Assembly: GCA_964391755.1 (NCBI GenBank)
Contig: CAYMNI010000002.1
Span: 1-34,089 of the forward strand
Source of the DNA: an uncultured Ignavibacteria bacterium
GTDB lineage: Bacteria > Zixibacteria > MSB-5A5 > SM1-73
Length of the DNA: 34,089 nt
Direction of reading: 5' to 3'
A program made the position numbers and the translations under genes. The notes beneath the pieces are model-generated. The model was not told where the DNA came from and did no database searches. It worked only from the letters and a program-made list of their open reading frames with translations. Positions 16,057 to 24,165 of the stretch are shown here, one piece after another. The first letter of the stretch is position 1; each line of letters starts with the position of its first letter.

Positions 16057-17400
16057 ATGTACAAAACCTGCTTAAGAGCATTTTTAACCGGGCTGTTTCT
16101 GCTGTTCCTGTGCCAGGCCGGTTCGGGACAGGTTCAGTTCCCGGTGGAGAAGCACGTGCTGGACAACGGCATGACCGTGCTCATCTCGGAGGATCATTCG
16201 GCTCCCGTGGTGAGCTTCCAGATTTGGTACCACGTGGGCTCCAAAAACGAGCGGCCGGGCATCACCGGCATCTCCCATCTGTGCGAGCACATGATGTTCA
16301 GGGGATCGAAAAACATAGGTCCCGAGGAGCACTCCCGCATCGTCCAGGCCAACGGAGGCATCGACAACGCCGGCACCTCTTTCGACTACACCATGTACTT
16401 CGAGAAGCTTTCCAGCGACAAGCTGGAGCTGGCCATGAGCCTGGAGTCGGAGAGGCTGAAGTATCTGACTCCGACCGACGAGAATTTCCAACCGGAGAGA
16501 GACGTGGTGGCGGAGGAGAGGAGAATGGCCGTGGACAATTCTCCCTACGGAGCCGTCTTCGAGCAGCTGCTCAACACCGCCTTCACCGCCCATACGTATC
16601 ACTGGCACATTGTGGGCTACATGTCCGACATACAGAACATCACCGTGGACGATTTAAAGCAGCATTACAAGACATACTACCTGCCCAGCAACGCCACTGC
16701 GGTGGTGGCCGGGGACGTGAAATCCAAAGAGGTCATGCAATTGATGAACAAATACTTCGGAGACATCCCCTTCCAGCCGGCGCCCAAGCAGGTGGGCACC
16801 GTCGAGCCGGAGCAGATGGGAGAGAGGATCGCCTACGTGCACAAGCTGGGACAGATGCCCGCCTTTGCCGTGGGATACCACATACCCGAGTTCGGCAATC
16901 AGGACATATATCCTCTCACCGTCGCGGCGCGCATTCTCTTTACCGGCCAAAGCTCCCGGCTCTATCAGAGGATGGTGTATCAGGACCAATCTGCGCTGGC
17001 CGTCACGGGCGACTGTTTCTCCTTAGAAGATCCCGGCCTTTTCTTCACCTTCGCCATAATGCAGCCGGGACACACCTATGAGGAGGGCCGGCAGACCTTA
17101 TTCGAGGAGATCGAGAGACTGAAAAACGAGCCGGTGGATCCTAAGGAACTGGCCAAAGCCAAAAATCAGTTGGAGTCAGAGTTCATCTCCGGTCTTCAAT
17201 CGGTCAGCTCCAAAGGACAGCAGATCGGATATTATCAGACGATTCTGGGAGATTACGCCGAGCTTTTCGATGAGGCCGGTAAATATCAGGCGGTTACCGC
17301 CGAGGACGTGATGCGCGTGGCCAAAAAGTATTTCGACGTCAAAAATAGAAACGTCGCCGTGCTGGTCCCGGAGATGCCGGAGGGGACGTCTTCACCGTAG
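16057..17400 (+). CDS. M16-family zinc peptidase, catalytically competent subunit
   Basis: The inverted zinc motif HLCEH (HxxEH) is followed by MFRGS. ATG 16057 follows GGAGG at 16047-16051. The N-terminal signal/anchor is FLTGLFLLFLCQAG. Confidence 0.85.
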   Translation: MYKTCLRAFLTGLFLLFLCQAGSGQVQFPVEKHVLDNGMTVLISEDHSAPVVSFQIWYHVGSKNERPGITGISHLCEHMMFRGSKNIGPEEHSRIVQANGGIDNAGTSFDYTMYFEKLSSDKLELAMSLESERLKYLTPTDENFQPERDVVAEERRMAVDNSPYGAVFEQLLNTAFTAHTYHWHIVGYMSDIQNITVDDLKQHYKTYYLPSNATAVVAGDVKSKEVMQLMNKYFGDIPFQPAPKQVGTVEPEQMGERIAYVHKLGQMPAFAVGYHIPEFGNQDIYPLTVAARILFTGQSSRLYQRMVYQDQSALAVTGDCFSLEDPGLFFTFAIMQPGHTYEEGRQTLFEEIERLKNEPVDPKELAKAKNQLESEFISGLQSVSSKGQQIGYYQTILGDYAELFDEAGKYQAVTAEDVMRVAKKYFDVKNRNVAVLVPEMPEGTSSP

Positions 17401-17459
17401 ATGAAGACCCTAACGACATTCCACACAAAACCGATCAAAGTTTCAAGAGGAGTTGAAAA

Positions 17460-18869
17460 ATGAACAAAGGAAAGTCCATAACGGCGATTATCGGCTGCCT
17501 GGCTCTTGGCCTTCTGGCTCTTTTCATGTATCCTGGAGTGACCACCACCAGGGCGCAGGAGATAAAGCTTCCTCCCATCGAGAGGACTACGCTGGATAAC
17601 GGCCTCAAGCTGATCATAATCGAGCATCACGAGCTGCCGGTGGTGGCGTTTCGCCTGATTTTGAAATCCGGATCGGCCTGCGATCCTCAGGACAAGAGCG
17701 GCCTGGCCGATCTGACCGCCGGACTGCTTCGCAAGGGGACCAAGACCCGGACCGCCACCCAGATCGCCGAGGAGATCGACTTCGTGGGCGGAAGTCTGGG
17801 TGCGGGCTCCGGCCGGGACGCCACCTATGCCACCTGCGAGGTGTTGACCAAACACCTGGATGTGGGGCTGGATTTGCTCTCGGATGTAATCTTGAATCCC
17901 ACCTTCAAGGAGGATGAGATAGAGAGGCTGAAAAAACAGACTCTGGCGGCAATCATGCAGCAGAAGCAGGACCCGGAAAACGTGGCACACGAGAAGTTCG
18001 ATGAGTTTCTCTTCGGCGATCATCCCTATGGTCGGGCCAGCGAGGGGACCGAAGAGAGCGTTCCCGCCATCACCCGGGAGGACATCGTCAACTTCCACAG
18101 AACGTACTATGTGCCCAATAACGCCGTACTGGCGGTGGTGGGGGACGTAAAGTCCAAGGAGGTCACAAAAAAGGTTAAGGCCAAATTCGCCCGGTGGTCA
18201 GGCGGGGAGGTACCTGCCCCCGTGGTGACCCAACCACCGGCCATTGAAGGATATCAGATTCTCCTGGTGGACAAGCCCGACTTGACACAGACTTACATCT
18301 GTATGGGTCACCTGGGCATCGAAAAGAAGCATCCGGACTACTTTCCCGTCAAGGTAATGAACTACATCTTAGGCGGCGGGGGATTCGCCTCGCGGATGAT
18401 GGACGAGGTCAGATCGAAAAGAGGCTTGACCTACGGCATCGGCTGCAGCTTCGCCGCCAACCGCCTGGGAGGCGCATACCAGGTGAGCACCTTCACCCAG
18501 AACGACTCCACCTCGGCCGCCATCGCTGCGATTATCGAACAGATCAAAAAGATACAAACCGAGGGCGTCACGGACAAGGAGCTGGAGGATACCAAGTCCT
18601 TCTACAATGGGTATTTTCCCCTGCAGTTCGAAACCCCCTCCCAGATCGCCACCCAGATGTTGGACGTGGAGCTTTATGATCTGGGCCAGGACTATCTCCG
18701 AGACTATCGGAAGAACATAAGCGCCGTAACCAAAGAGGACGTTCTGAGGGTCGCCCAAAAGTACTTGGATCCGAACAATCTCAAGCTGGTGGTGGTAAGC
18801 AAGGCGGAGGACGTGAAGGCGTCGCTGGAACCGATGGGAAAGGTGAGCGTGGTTCCGTATATGGAGTAG
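17460..18869 (+). CDS. M16-family peptidase paralogue lacking the HxxEH zinc site (non-catalytic partner)
   Basis: It is colinear with the upstream M16 gene, but the motif position reads GLADLTAGLLRKGT. AGAGGAG lies at 17446-17452. A signal peptide is present. Confidence 0.8.
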   Translation: MNKGKSITAIIGCLALGLLALFMYPGVTTTRAQEIKLPPIERTTLDNGLKLIIIEHHELPVVAFRLILKSGSACDPQDKSGLADLTAGLLRKGTKTRTATQIAEEIDFVGGSLGAGSGRDATYATCEVLTKHLDVGLDLLSDVILNPTFKEDEIERLKKQTLAAIMQQKQDPENVAHEKFDEFLFGDHPYGRASEGTEESVPAITREDIVNFHRTYYVPNNAVLAVVGDVKSKEVTKKVKAKFARWSGGEVPAPVVTQPPAIEGYQILLVDKPDLTQTYICMGHLGIEKKHPDYFPVKVMNYILGGGGFASRMMDEVRSKRGLTYGIGCSFAANRLGGAYQVSTFTQNDSTSAAIAAIIEQIKKIQTEGVTDKELEDTKSFYNGYFPLQFETPSQIATQMLDVELYDLGQDYLRDYRKNISAVTKEDVLRVAQKYLDPNNLKLVVVSKAEDVKASLEPMGKVSVVPYME

Positions 18870-18912
18870 CCTGATCCGATCCTCCCACCGACTCAACCTG
18901 AGGTGATCAGAA

Positions 18913-18940
18913 GAGCCCCGTTTGAGGGGCTTTCGGTCTT
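18913..18940 (+). terminator. Candidate intrinsic terminator of the M16 pair
   Basis: The hairpin AGCCCC-GTTTGA-GGGGCT (18914-18931) is followed by TTCGGTCTT and lies 45 nt after the stop at 18869. The T tract is imperfect. Confidence 0.45.
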
Positions 18941-19089
18941 ATGGGTGACCATCTCCTCCTGCCAGGATCCAAAATTCAAAGGATCCGGATTGTTTGCCCT
19001 GAAGGGCTTTTTAGCTAAATTGGGCTGCAATCGAGAAGGAAGAACCGAGGGTCGAAAGAAGGTTTTTTGGCTGCGCGGAAAGGTTGGGG

Positions 19090-19117
19090 TTGCGTGAAGT
19101 AGTTTTTATGTTATATT
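19090..19117 (+). promoter_or_regulatory. Candidate sigma-70 promoter for efp
   Basis: TTGCGT (19090-19095), a 16-nt spacer, then TATATT (19112-19117), 70 nt upstream of the efp ATG. This is a pattern match only. Confidence 0.3.
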
Positions 19118-19187
19118 GAGCGTCTGACGAGCATATGGAGAACTCTAAATTGAAGAAGCAGACAGCGATCGACTGTGGAGGGTTTTG

Positions 19188-19769
19188 ATGATTTCCACGA
19201 CCGACTTCCGCAAGGGACTGAAGGTCAAGGTGGAGGGGGAGATTTTCTACATTGTGGATTTCCAGCATGGCCGTACCGCCCAGAGAAGAGCCCAGGTGAG
19301 AACCAAGCTGAAGAACATCCGAACCGGGGCCGTTCTGGAGAGAACTTTTTCCGCCGGGGAGACTTTTGAGGAGCCGGATTTCGAAGAAAAGACCATGCAG
19401 TTTTTGTACTCCTCCGAAAACGAATACCATTTCATGGACTCCAAGACCTATGACCAGACAAGCATGACCGAGGAGCAGCTGGGCGAGTACAAATGGTACT
19501 TAAAGGAGAACTCCGAATATAAGGTGATGTTCTTCGAGGGACAGCCGGTGAACGTGGATCTTCCGGCATCCGTGGTGCTGAAGATCACCTCCACCGAGCC
19601 GGGCATAAAGGGGGACTCGGTGACCAATATAACCAAGAGCGCCACCTTAGAAACCGGCCTGGAGGTGAAGGTTCCGCTGTTCATCAACCAAGGCGAACAC
19701 ATAAGAATAGATACCCGCACAAATGAATACATCGAAAGAGTCCAACAGAAGCAAAACCACAAGAGCTGA
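19188..19769 (+). CDS. efp: Translation elongation factor P
   Basis: MISTTDFRKGLKV...DFQH...KLKNIRTG...EPGIKGD...ATLETGLEVKVPLFIN is colinear, without gaps, with the Bacillus subtilis EF-P sequence as I recall it. ATG 19188 lies 7 nt after GGAGG (19176-19180). Confidence 0.9.
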   Translation: MISTTDFRKGLKVKVEGEIFYIVDFQHGRTAQRRAQVRTKLKNIRTGAVLERTFSAGETFEEPDFEEKTMQFLYSSENEYHFMDSKTYDQTSMTEEQLGEYKWYLKENSEYKVMFFEGQPVNVDLPASVVLKITSTEPGIKGDSVTNITKSATLETGLEVKVPLFINQGEHIRIDTRTNEYIERVQQKQNHKS

Positions 19770-20595
19770 CCGCCCCCCCAGAGGCCATTCTAAGGCTCAG
19801 AAGAAGCCGAAAGCCAAGACCCAGCGGCAGCCGGCTCCGGGCTGGATAGGCACGGATGAATCCGGCAAGGGGGATTATTTCGGCCCTCTGGTGATAGGAG
19901 GGGTGTATGTCACTCCCAAGACCCAGGGCCTGCTCTCCAATCTCAAGGTAAGGGACAGCAAGAAGATTTCGGACAACGTCATCAAGGATTTGGATTTTCA
20001 CATTCGCTCCCACTGCATATACTCGGTGGTGGTCATCGGACCGGACAAATACAACCTGCTCTACAACAAGATGAAAAACTTAAACAAACTTTTAGCCTGG
20101 GGGCATGCCCGGGTCATAGAAAACATACTCCTGCGGGTGGATTGCAGGAAGGCCATATCCGACCAGTTCGGGTCGGAAGGCTTCATCCAGAACGCCCTGA
20201 TGAAGCTGGGAAAGAAGATCGAGTTGATACAGACGCCCCGGGCAGAGGAGGCGGATTTAGGCGTAGCCGCCGGCTCTATTTTGGCCCGGGCGGAGTTCGT
20301 GAGAAGAATGGAAAGGCTCTCCCAGGAGTGCGGATTCGAGCTGCCCAAGGGAGCCTCGGAAAACGTAAACCAGGCCGCCCGCCAAGTTGCGGAAAAAATG
20401 GGAACGGACGCCTTAAACCGGTTCGTCAAACTGCATTTCAAAAATACCACCAAAGTGGTTCAGAATCCTTCTGGGCCGGAGTCTTTTCAAAGGGCCGGTC
20501 CCACCATCGACATCCCATCCACCCAAAGCATAGGACCGGGCGATAACCAGACCCCCTCCGAAGATTCGGAGCGGGGGCCGTTTCCCGTTCACTGA
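19723..20595 (+). CDS. rnhC: RNase HIII-type ribonuclease H lacking the usual N-terminal substrate-binding domain
   Basis: Motifs seen are GTDESGKGDYFGPLV, VRDSKKISD, VAAGSILARAEF and LPKGAS. Only about 42 Lys/Arg-rich residues precede the first catalytic Asp. ATG 19723 is the only canonical in-frame start upstream of the catalytic motif, and it overlaps efp by 47 nt. Confidence 0.7.
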   Translation: MNTSKESNRSKTTRADRPPRGHSKAQKKPKAKTQRQPAPGWIGTDESGKGDYFGPLVIGGVYVTPKTQGLLSNLKVRDSKKISDNVIKDLDFHIRSHCIYSVVVIGPDKYNLLYNKMKNLNKLLAWGHARVIENILLRVDCRKAISDQFGSEGFIQNALMKLGKKIELIQTPRAEEADLGVAAGSILARAEFVRRMERLSQECGFELPKGASENVNQAARQVAEKMGTDALNRFVKLHFKNTTKVVQNPSGPESFQRAGPTIDIPSTQSIGPGDNQTPSEDSERGPFPVH

Positions 20596-20619
20596 TCCTT
20601 GGGGATCGATGCCATCCAG

Positions 20620-21585
20620 ATGATACAATCCGAGCAATCCTGCGCTCAGGCGCTGGAGGACATAAGAGAAGACAACGTCTCCGGGGCTTCCGAGCTCTCC
20701 AGGAAAGCGGCCTCAGCCTTTGTGCTGTTCGCGGCCGAGAACCGCACCCTGCGTGGGGAAGACTACTTCCGGAGCTTGCTCGATCTGGGGGCCGATCTGG
20801 TGTCGGCCCAACCCTACATGGCCTCCATATTCAATCTGGCCAATTCCATACTCTACTCGGTACAGCAGTCTCTGACGCTCAACACCCCGGGTGAGCTGGC
20901 GGAGCTGACCCGGCAGAGAGCAGAGGAGTTCATCGAGTGCTCCTTGAGCTCGGTTCAGCTCATGGCGGAACATGGAGAGAGCCTGATACAGGACGGTTCT
21001 AAGGTCATCACCTTCTCCGCCTCCGGATCCATTCTGGCCATCCTGAAGAAAGCCAAGGAAAGGGGCAAATCGTTCGGGGTGGTGGTTTGCGAGTCCCGGC
21101 CCATGCTGGAGGGACGGCTTCTGGCCAGATTCCTGGGAAACGCCAAGATTCCGGTGACTTTGATTACGGATGCCGCGCTGGGACTCTTCGCCAGAGACGT
21201 CGATCTGTGCCTGGTGGGGGCCGACTCGGTATCGGAAAAGGTGTTCGTCAACAAAATCGGAACCTTCGGTCTGGGCCTGTTTTCCAGGGAATTCGGGGTG
21301 CCGCTTTACGTGGCCTGCGAGAGGAGCAAATTCATAGCCAGCGACTGGAGAATTTCTTCTTTTGCCTGCGGCAATCCCGGGGAGATACTTGAGGATGAGC
21401 TTTTGAACGTGAAGGCGAAAAATCCCTATTTCGAGGAAGTCCCTCTCTCCTTCTGCAGACAGGTGATAACCAACGAGGGATTCCTTCTCCCCTCCCATGT
21501 TCCCAACTATATCCGAAAGACCCGATTGTGCACACAGCTTTTGGAGTCGATCAAAAAATCCGTTTCCGATGCTTCTCCCCTGTGA
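20620..21585 (+). CDS. eIF-2B alpha/beta/delta-like family protein (MtnA / ribose-1,5-bisphosphate isomerase superfamily)
   Basis: VVVCESRPMLEGRLLARFL...IPVTLITDAA...VGADSVSEKVFVNKIGTFGL...VPLYVACERSKF is typical of the IF-2B family. The start is ATG 20620 or TTG 20599. Confidence 0.7.
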   Translation: MIQSEQSCAQALEDIREDNVSGASELSRKAASAFVLFAAENRTLRGEDYFRSLLDLGADLVSAQPYMASIFNLANSILYSVQQSLTLNTPGELAELTRQRAEEFIECSLSSVQLMAEHGESLIQDGSKVITFSASGSILAILKKAKERGKSFGVVVCESRPMLEGRLLARFLGNAKIPVTLITDAALGLFARDVDLCLVGADSVSEKVFVNKIGTFGLGLFSREFGVPLYVACERSKFIASDWRISSFACGNPGEILEDELLNVKAKNPYFEEVPLSFCRQVITNEGFLLPSHVPNYIRKTRLCTQLLESIKKSVSDASPL

Positions 21586-21701
21586 TGCCGCGGGAGCATC
21601 CTGAAGAGTGGGGCGGAGGAGCCGCTTCCGAAGACATAGACATTCGACAGAGTCGTTTCCCAACCAGGCCGGGAGAGTTTTAAGCCGCCGCCCGGAGTCG
21701 C

Positions 21702-22220
21702 ATGACCGCAAAAGGCAACCACAAGTTCAAAATATTGTTCGTTTGCACCGGCAACACCTGCCGCAGCCCCATGGCCGAGGGCTTGCTCAAGCACATCCTG
21801 AAAAAAGAGGGGGTGGATAACGTGGAGGTCAGGTCTGCCGGAACTTTCGGCCTTGATTTCTACCCCGCCTCTGCTTTTGCCGCGGAGGCGGTCAGATCCA
21901 GGGGGGTGAACCTTTCCCCACATCGCTCTCGTGCATTGAACCGGGATATGATCGAAAAGGCCGATTTGATTTTGGTCATGTCACCGGAGCATCGGAAGCA
22001 CATAGGCAGGCAGGACCCCTCTGCTTTGGATAAGACCTATCTTTTGAAGTCTTTTCCCGCCACGGGAGAAGCTTCAAACGGAGATAGTCCGCCGGGCGTC
22101 TTGTCTATCGAAGACCCCATAGGCGGCAGTCCGGAGGACTACAGGAGAAGCTGCCTGGAGATCGAAGAGCAGATAAACCGAATACTGCCGGAGATCCTGC
22201 GGCGGGCCGGAAAGAGCTGA
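21702..22220 (+). CDS. Low-molecular-weight protein tyrosine/arginine phosphatase
   Basis: It has the CX5R P-loop (ILFVCTGNTCRSPMAEG) and the DP loop (IEDPIGG). GGAG lies 4 nt upstream of the ATG. Confidence 0.85.
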   Translation: MTAKGNHKFKILFVCTGNTCRSPMAEGLLKHILKKEGVDNVEVRSAGTFGLDFYPASAFAAEAVRSRGVNLSPHRSRALNRDMIEKADLILVMSPEHRKHIGRQDPSALDKTYLLKSFPATGEASNGDSPPGVLSIEDPIGGSPEDYRRSCLEIEEQINRILPEILRRAGKS

Positions 22221-22276
22221 CATGAGGTCGCTTCAGCCCGCCTGACCATCCGGTAAGATCAGCCGGTTTGCTTATT

Positions 22277-23200
22277 ATGAAAAGTGACGCCATCTTTCTC
22301 TTTCTCAAAGCCTTCCTGCTACCGGCCGTCGTATTGACGTTTTGTGTTTTTCTAACGGCCACGTCCCCGGAGGTGACTTCTCAACAGGCGGAGGATTTGT
22401 CTTCCGGCGGATCGACCGCCTCCGACAGCTCCATGCCCGGTGAACCGCCCTTAACACCGCCTCAGGTCGAGATCAAGGTGCGCCCGCCGAAGGAGGGAAA
22501 GTTCAAAAGGGTGGTCACCAACCAGGCCTTCGGCGTGGGAGAGCGATTGGAGTTCTCGGTGGGATGGGAGTTCATCAACGCTGGCACGGCGGTGATGGAG
22601 ATACCGGAGATGGTGAAGATCGACGGCAGAAAATGCTATCACATAGTCTCCACGGCCAGCTCCAACAAGGTCTTCTCGGTATTCTTCAAGGTGGACGACC
22701 GGGTGGAGTCATTCATGGACGCGCATGGACTTTATTCTCTGCGTTACGACAAGCATTTAAGGGAAGGGAGTTTCAAGGCGGACCTCTCCATGATCTTCGA
22801 CCAGGAAAAGCATCTGGCCATATACGACTCCGGGACCGACACCTTCGAGGTGCCGGAGTACGTTCAGGACGTGCTCTCCGCCTTTTACTTCGTCAGAACC
22901 CAGGAGCTGATCGTGGGCCGGTCGCTTTTCGTGGACAACCATACCGACAAGAAAAACTACCCGCTGGAGGTCAAGGTATTAAGAAAAGAGAAGGTGAAGG
23001 TGGCGGCCGGCGAGTTCGACTGCCTGGTGGTGGAGCCCATCCTGCAGACTCCGGGAATCTTCGATCAAAAGGGGAGCCTCACCGTGTGGCTCACCGACGA
23101 CCAGGCGAAGATGCCGGTTCTGATGAAAAGCAAGGTGGTCATAGGCTCCATCGTCACCGAATTGACCGGCTATCGGCGGGGAGAGATAGGAAAGCTATAA
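22277..23200 (+). CDS. DUF3108-like secreted/lipoprotein-type beta-barrel protein
   Basis: A signal peptide is followed by a pattern (GERLEFSVGWEFINAGTAVMEI...CYHIVSTASS...LEVKVLRKEKVKVAAGEFDCLVVEP) that I recognise as DUF3108-like. The assignment is by eye only. Confidence 0.5.
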   Translation: MKSDAIFLFLKAFLLPAVVLTFCVFLTATSPEVTSQQAEDLSSGGSTASDSSMPGEPPLTPPQVEIKVRPPKEGKFKRVVTNQAFGVGERLEFSVGWEFINAGTAVMEIPEMVKIDGRKCYHIVSTASSNKVFSVFFKVDDRVESFMDAHGLYSLRYDKHLREGSFKADLSMIFDQEKHLAIYDSGTDTFEVPEYVQDVLSAFYFVRTQELIVGRSLFVDNHTDKKNYPLEVKVLRKEKVKVAAGEFDCLVVEPILQTPGIFDQKGSLTVWLTDDQAKMPVLMKSKVVIGSIVTELTGYRRGEIGKL

Positions 23201-24160
23201 ATGTCGAAACATGGCCGGATCGATTTAAACCGGGTGAAGACCCATTCGGTACGAAGCAGAAAGAGCAAGGCGCAGGTGGCCGATTTCGGGAAGCCCCTGA
23301 AGCCGCGATCGGACGTCCGGGATTTTTTGATGAGTCTGCCGAAATGCCTGAGGGCGAAGGACTTCAAAGCCCTGCTGGCTGCCGTTGTAACGGCCCGACG
23401 CCGAGGGAAACCCATCATCTTCATGCTGGGCGCCCATCCCATCAAATGCGGGCTCTCCCCCGTGCTGATCGACCTGATGCAAGAGGGCTTTGTGACCGCG
23501 TTGGCCACCAACGGAGCCGGCGCAATTCACGATCTGGAGATCGCCTTCTGGGGAAAGACCTCGGAGGAGGTGGAGAAGGGGATCGATGACGGCTCTTTCG
23601 GCATGGCCCGGGAGACCGGGGAGATATTCAATCAAACCTCCCGGTTTGCCTGCCAAGAAGACCTGGGATTGGGCCAGGCAATCGGCAGAAGAATAATCGA
23701 GCGCAAGGCCAAGTTCAGAAAGCACAGCCTATTGGCAAACGCGTACCGGATGAACATACCGGCCTGCGTCCACGTGGCCTTCGGAACGGACATTGTCCAC
23801 CAGCATCCCAGCTTCGATCCGGCGTCGACCGGCCAGGCCACCTACGAGGATTTCAAGATATTGGCCGATCAGGTCTCCGGATTGAACAACGGAGGCGTAG
23901 TTTTGCATTTCGGGTCGGCTGCAGTATTACCCGAGGTTTTCCTGAAGGCGCTTTCCGTGGCCCGGAACGTCCACGGCAAGATAGAGAAATTCACCACCGC
24001 CAATTTCGACATGATCCAGCATTACCGACCCAATGTCAACTTAGTCCTGCGTCCCACCCAGAAAAGCGGAAAGGGTTTTTCGTTCACCGGACACCATGAG
24101 ATCATGATTCCCCTATTGGCCTGGGCGCTGAAGTCGACGGCACAAGAGAAGAGGAGGTAA
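23201..24160 (+). CDS. Hypothetical protein, tentatively deoxyhypusine-synthase-like (DHS-like NAD-binding fold)
   Basis: The ATG directly abuts the upstream TAA. By-eye colinearity with human DHS blocks: [40 protein letters not shown] vs [53 protein letters not shown] vs [22 protein letters not shown] vs LVFPLLVAETF. Identity is weak and the assignment is not verified. Confidence 0.35.
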   Translation: [319 protein letters not shown]

Positions 24161-24165
24161 ACACA

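Noticed and set aside
18996-19012. Mini-hairpin GCCC-TGAA-GGGC followed by TTTTT, a possible second terminator upstream of efp.
   Set aside because: The stem is only 4 bp, which is too weak to call. The stronger hairpin at 18914-18931 already accounts for termination of the M16 genes.
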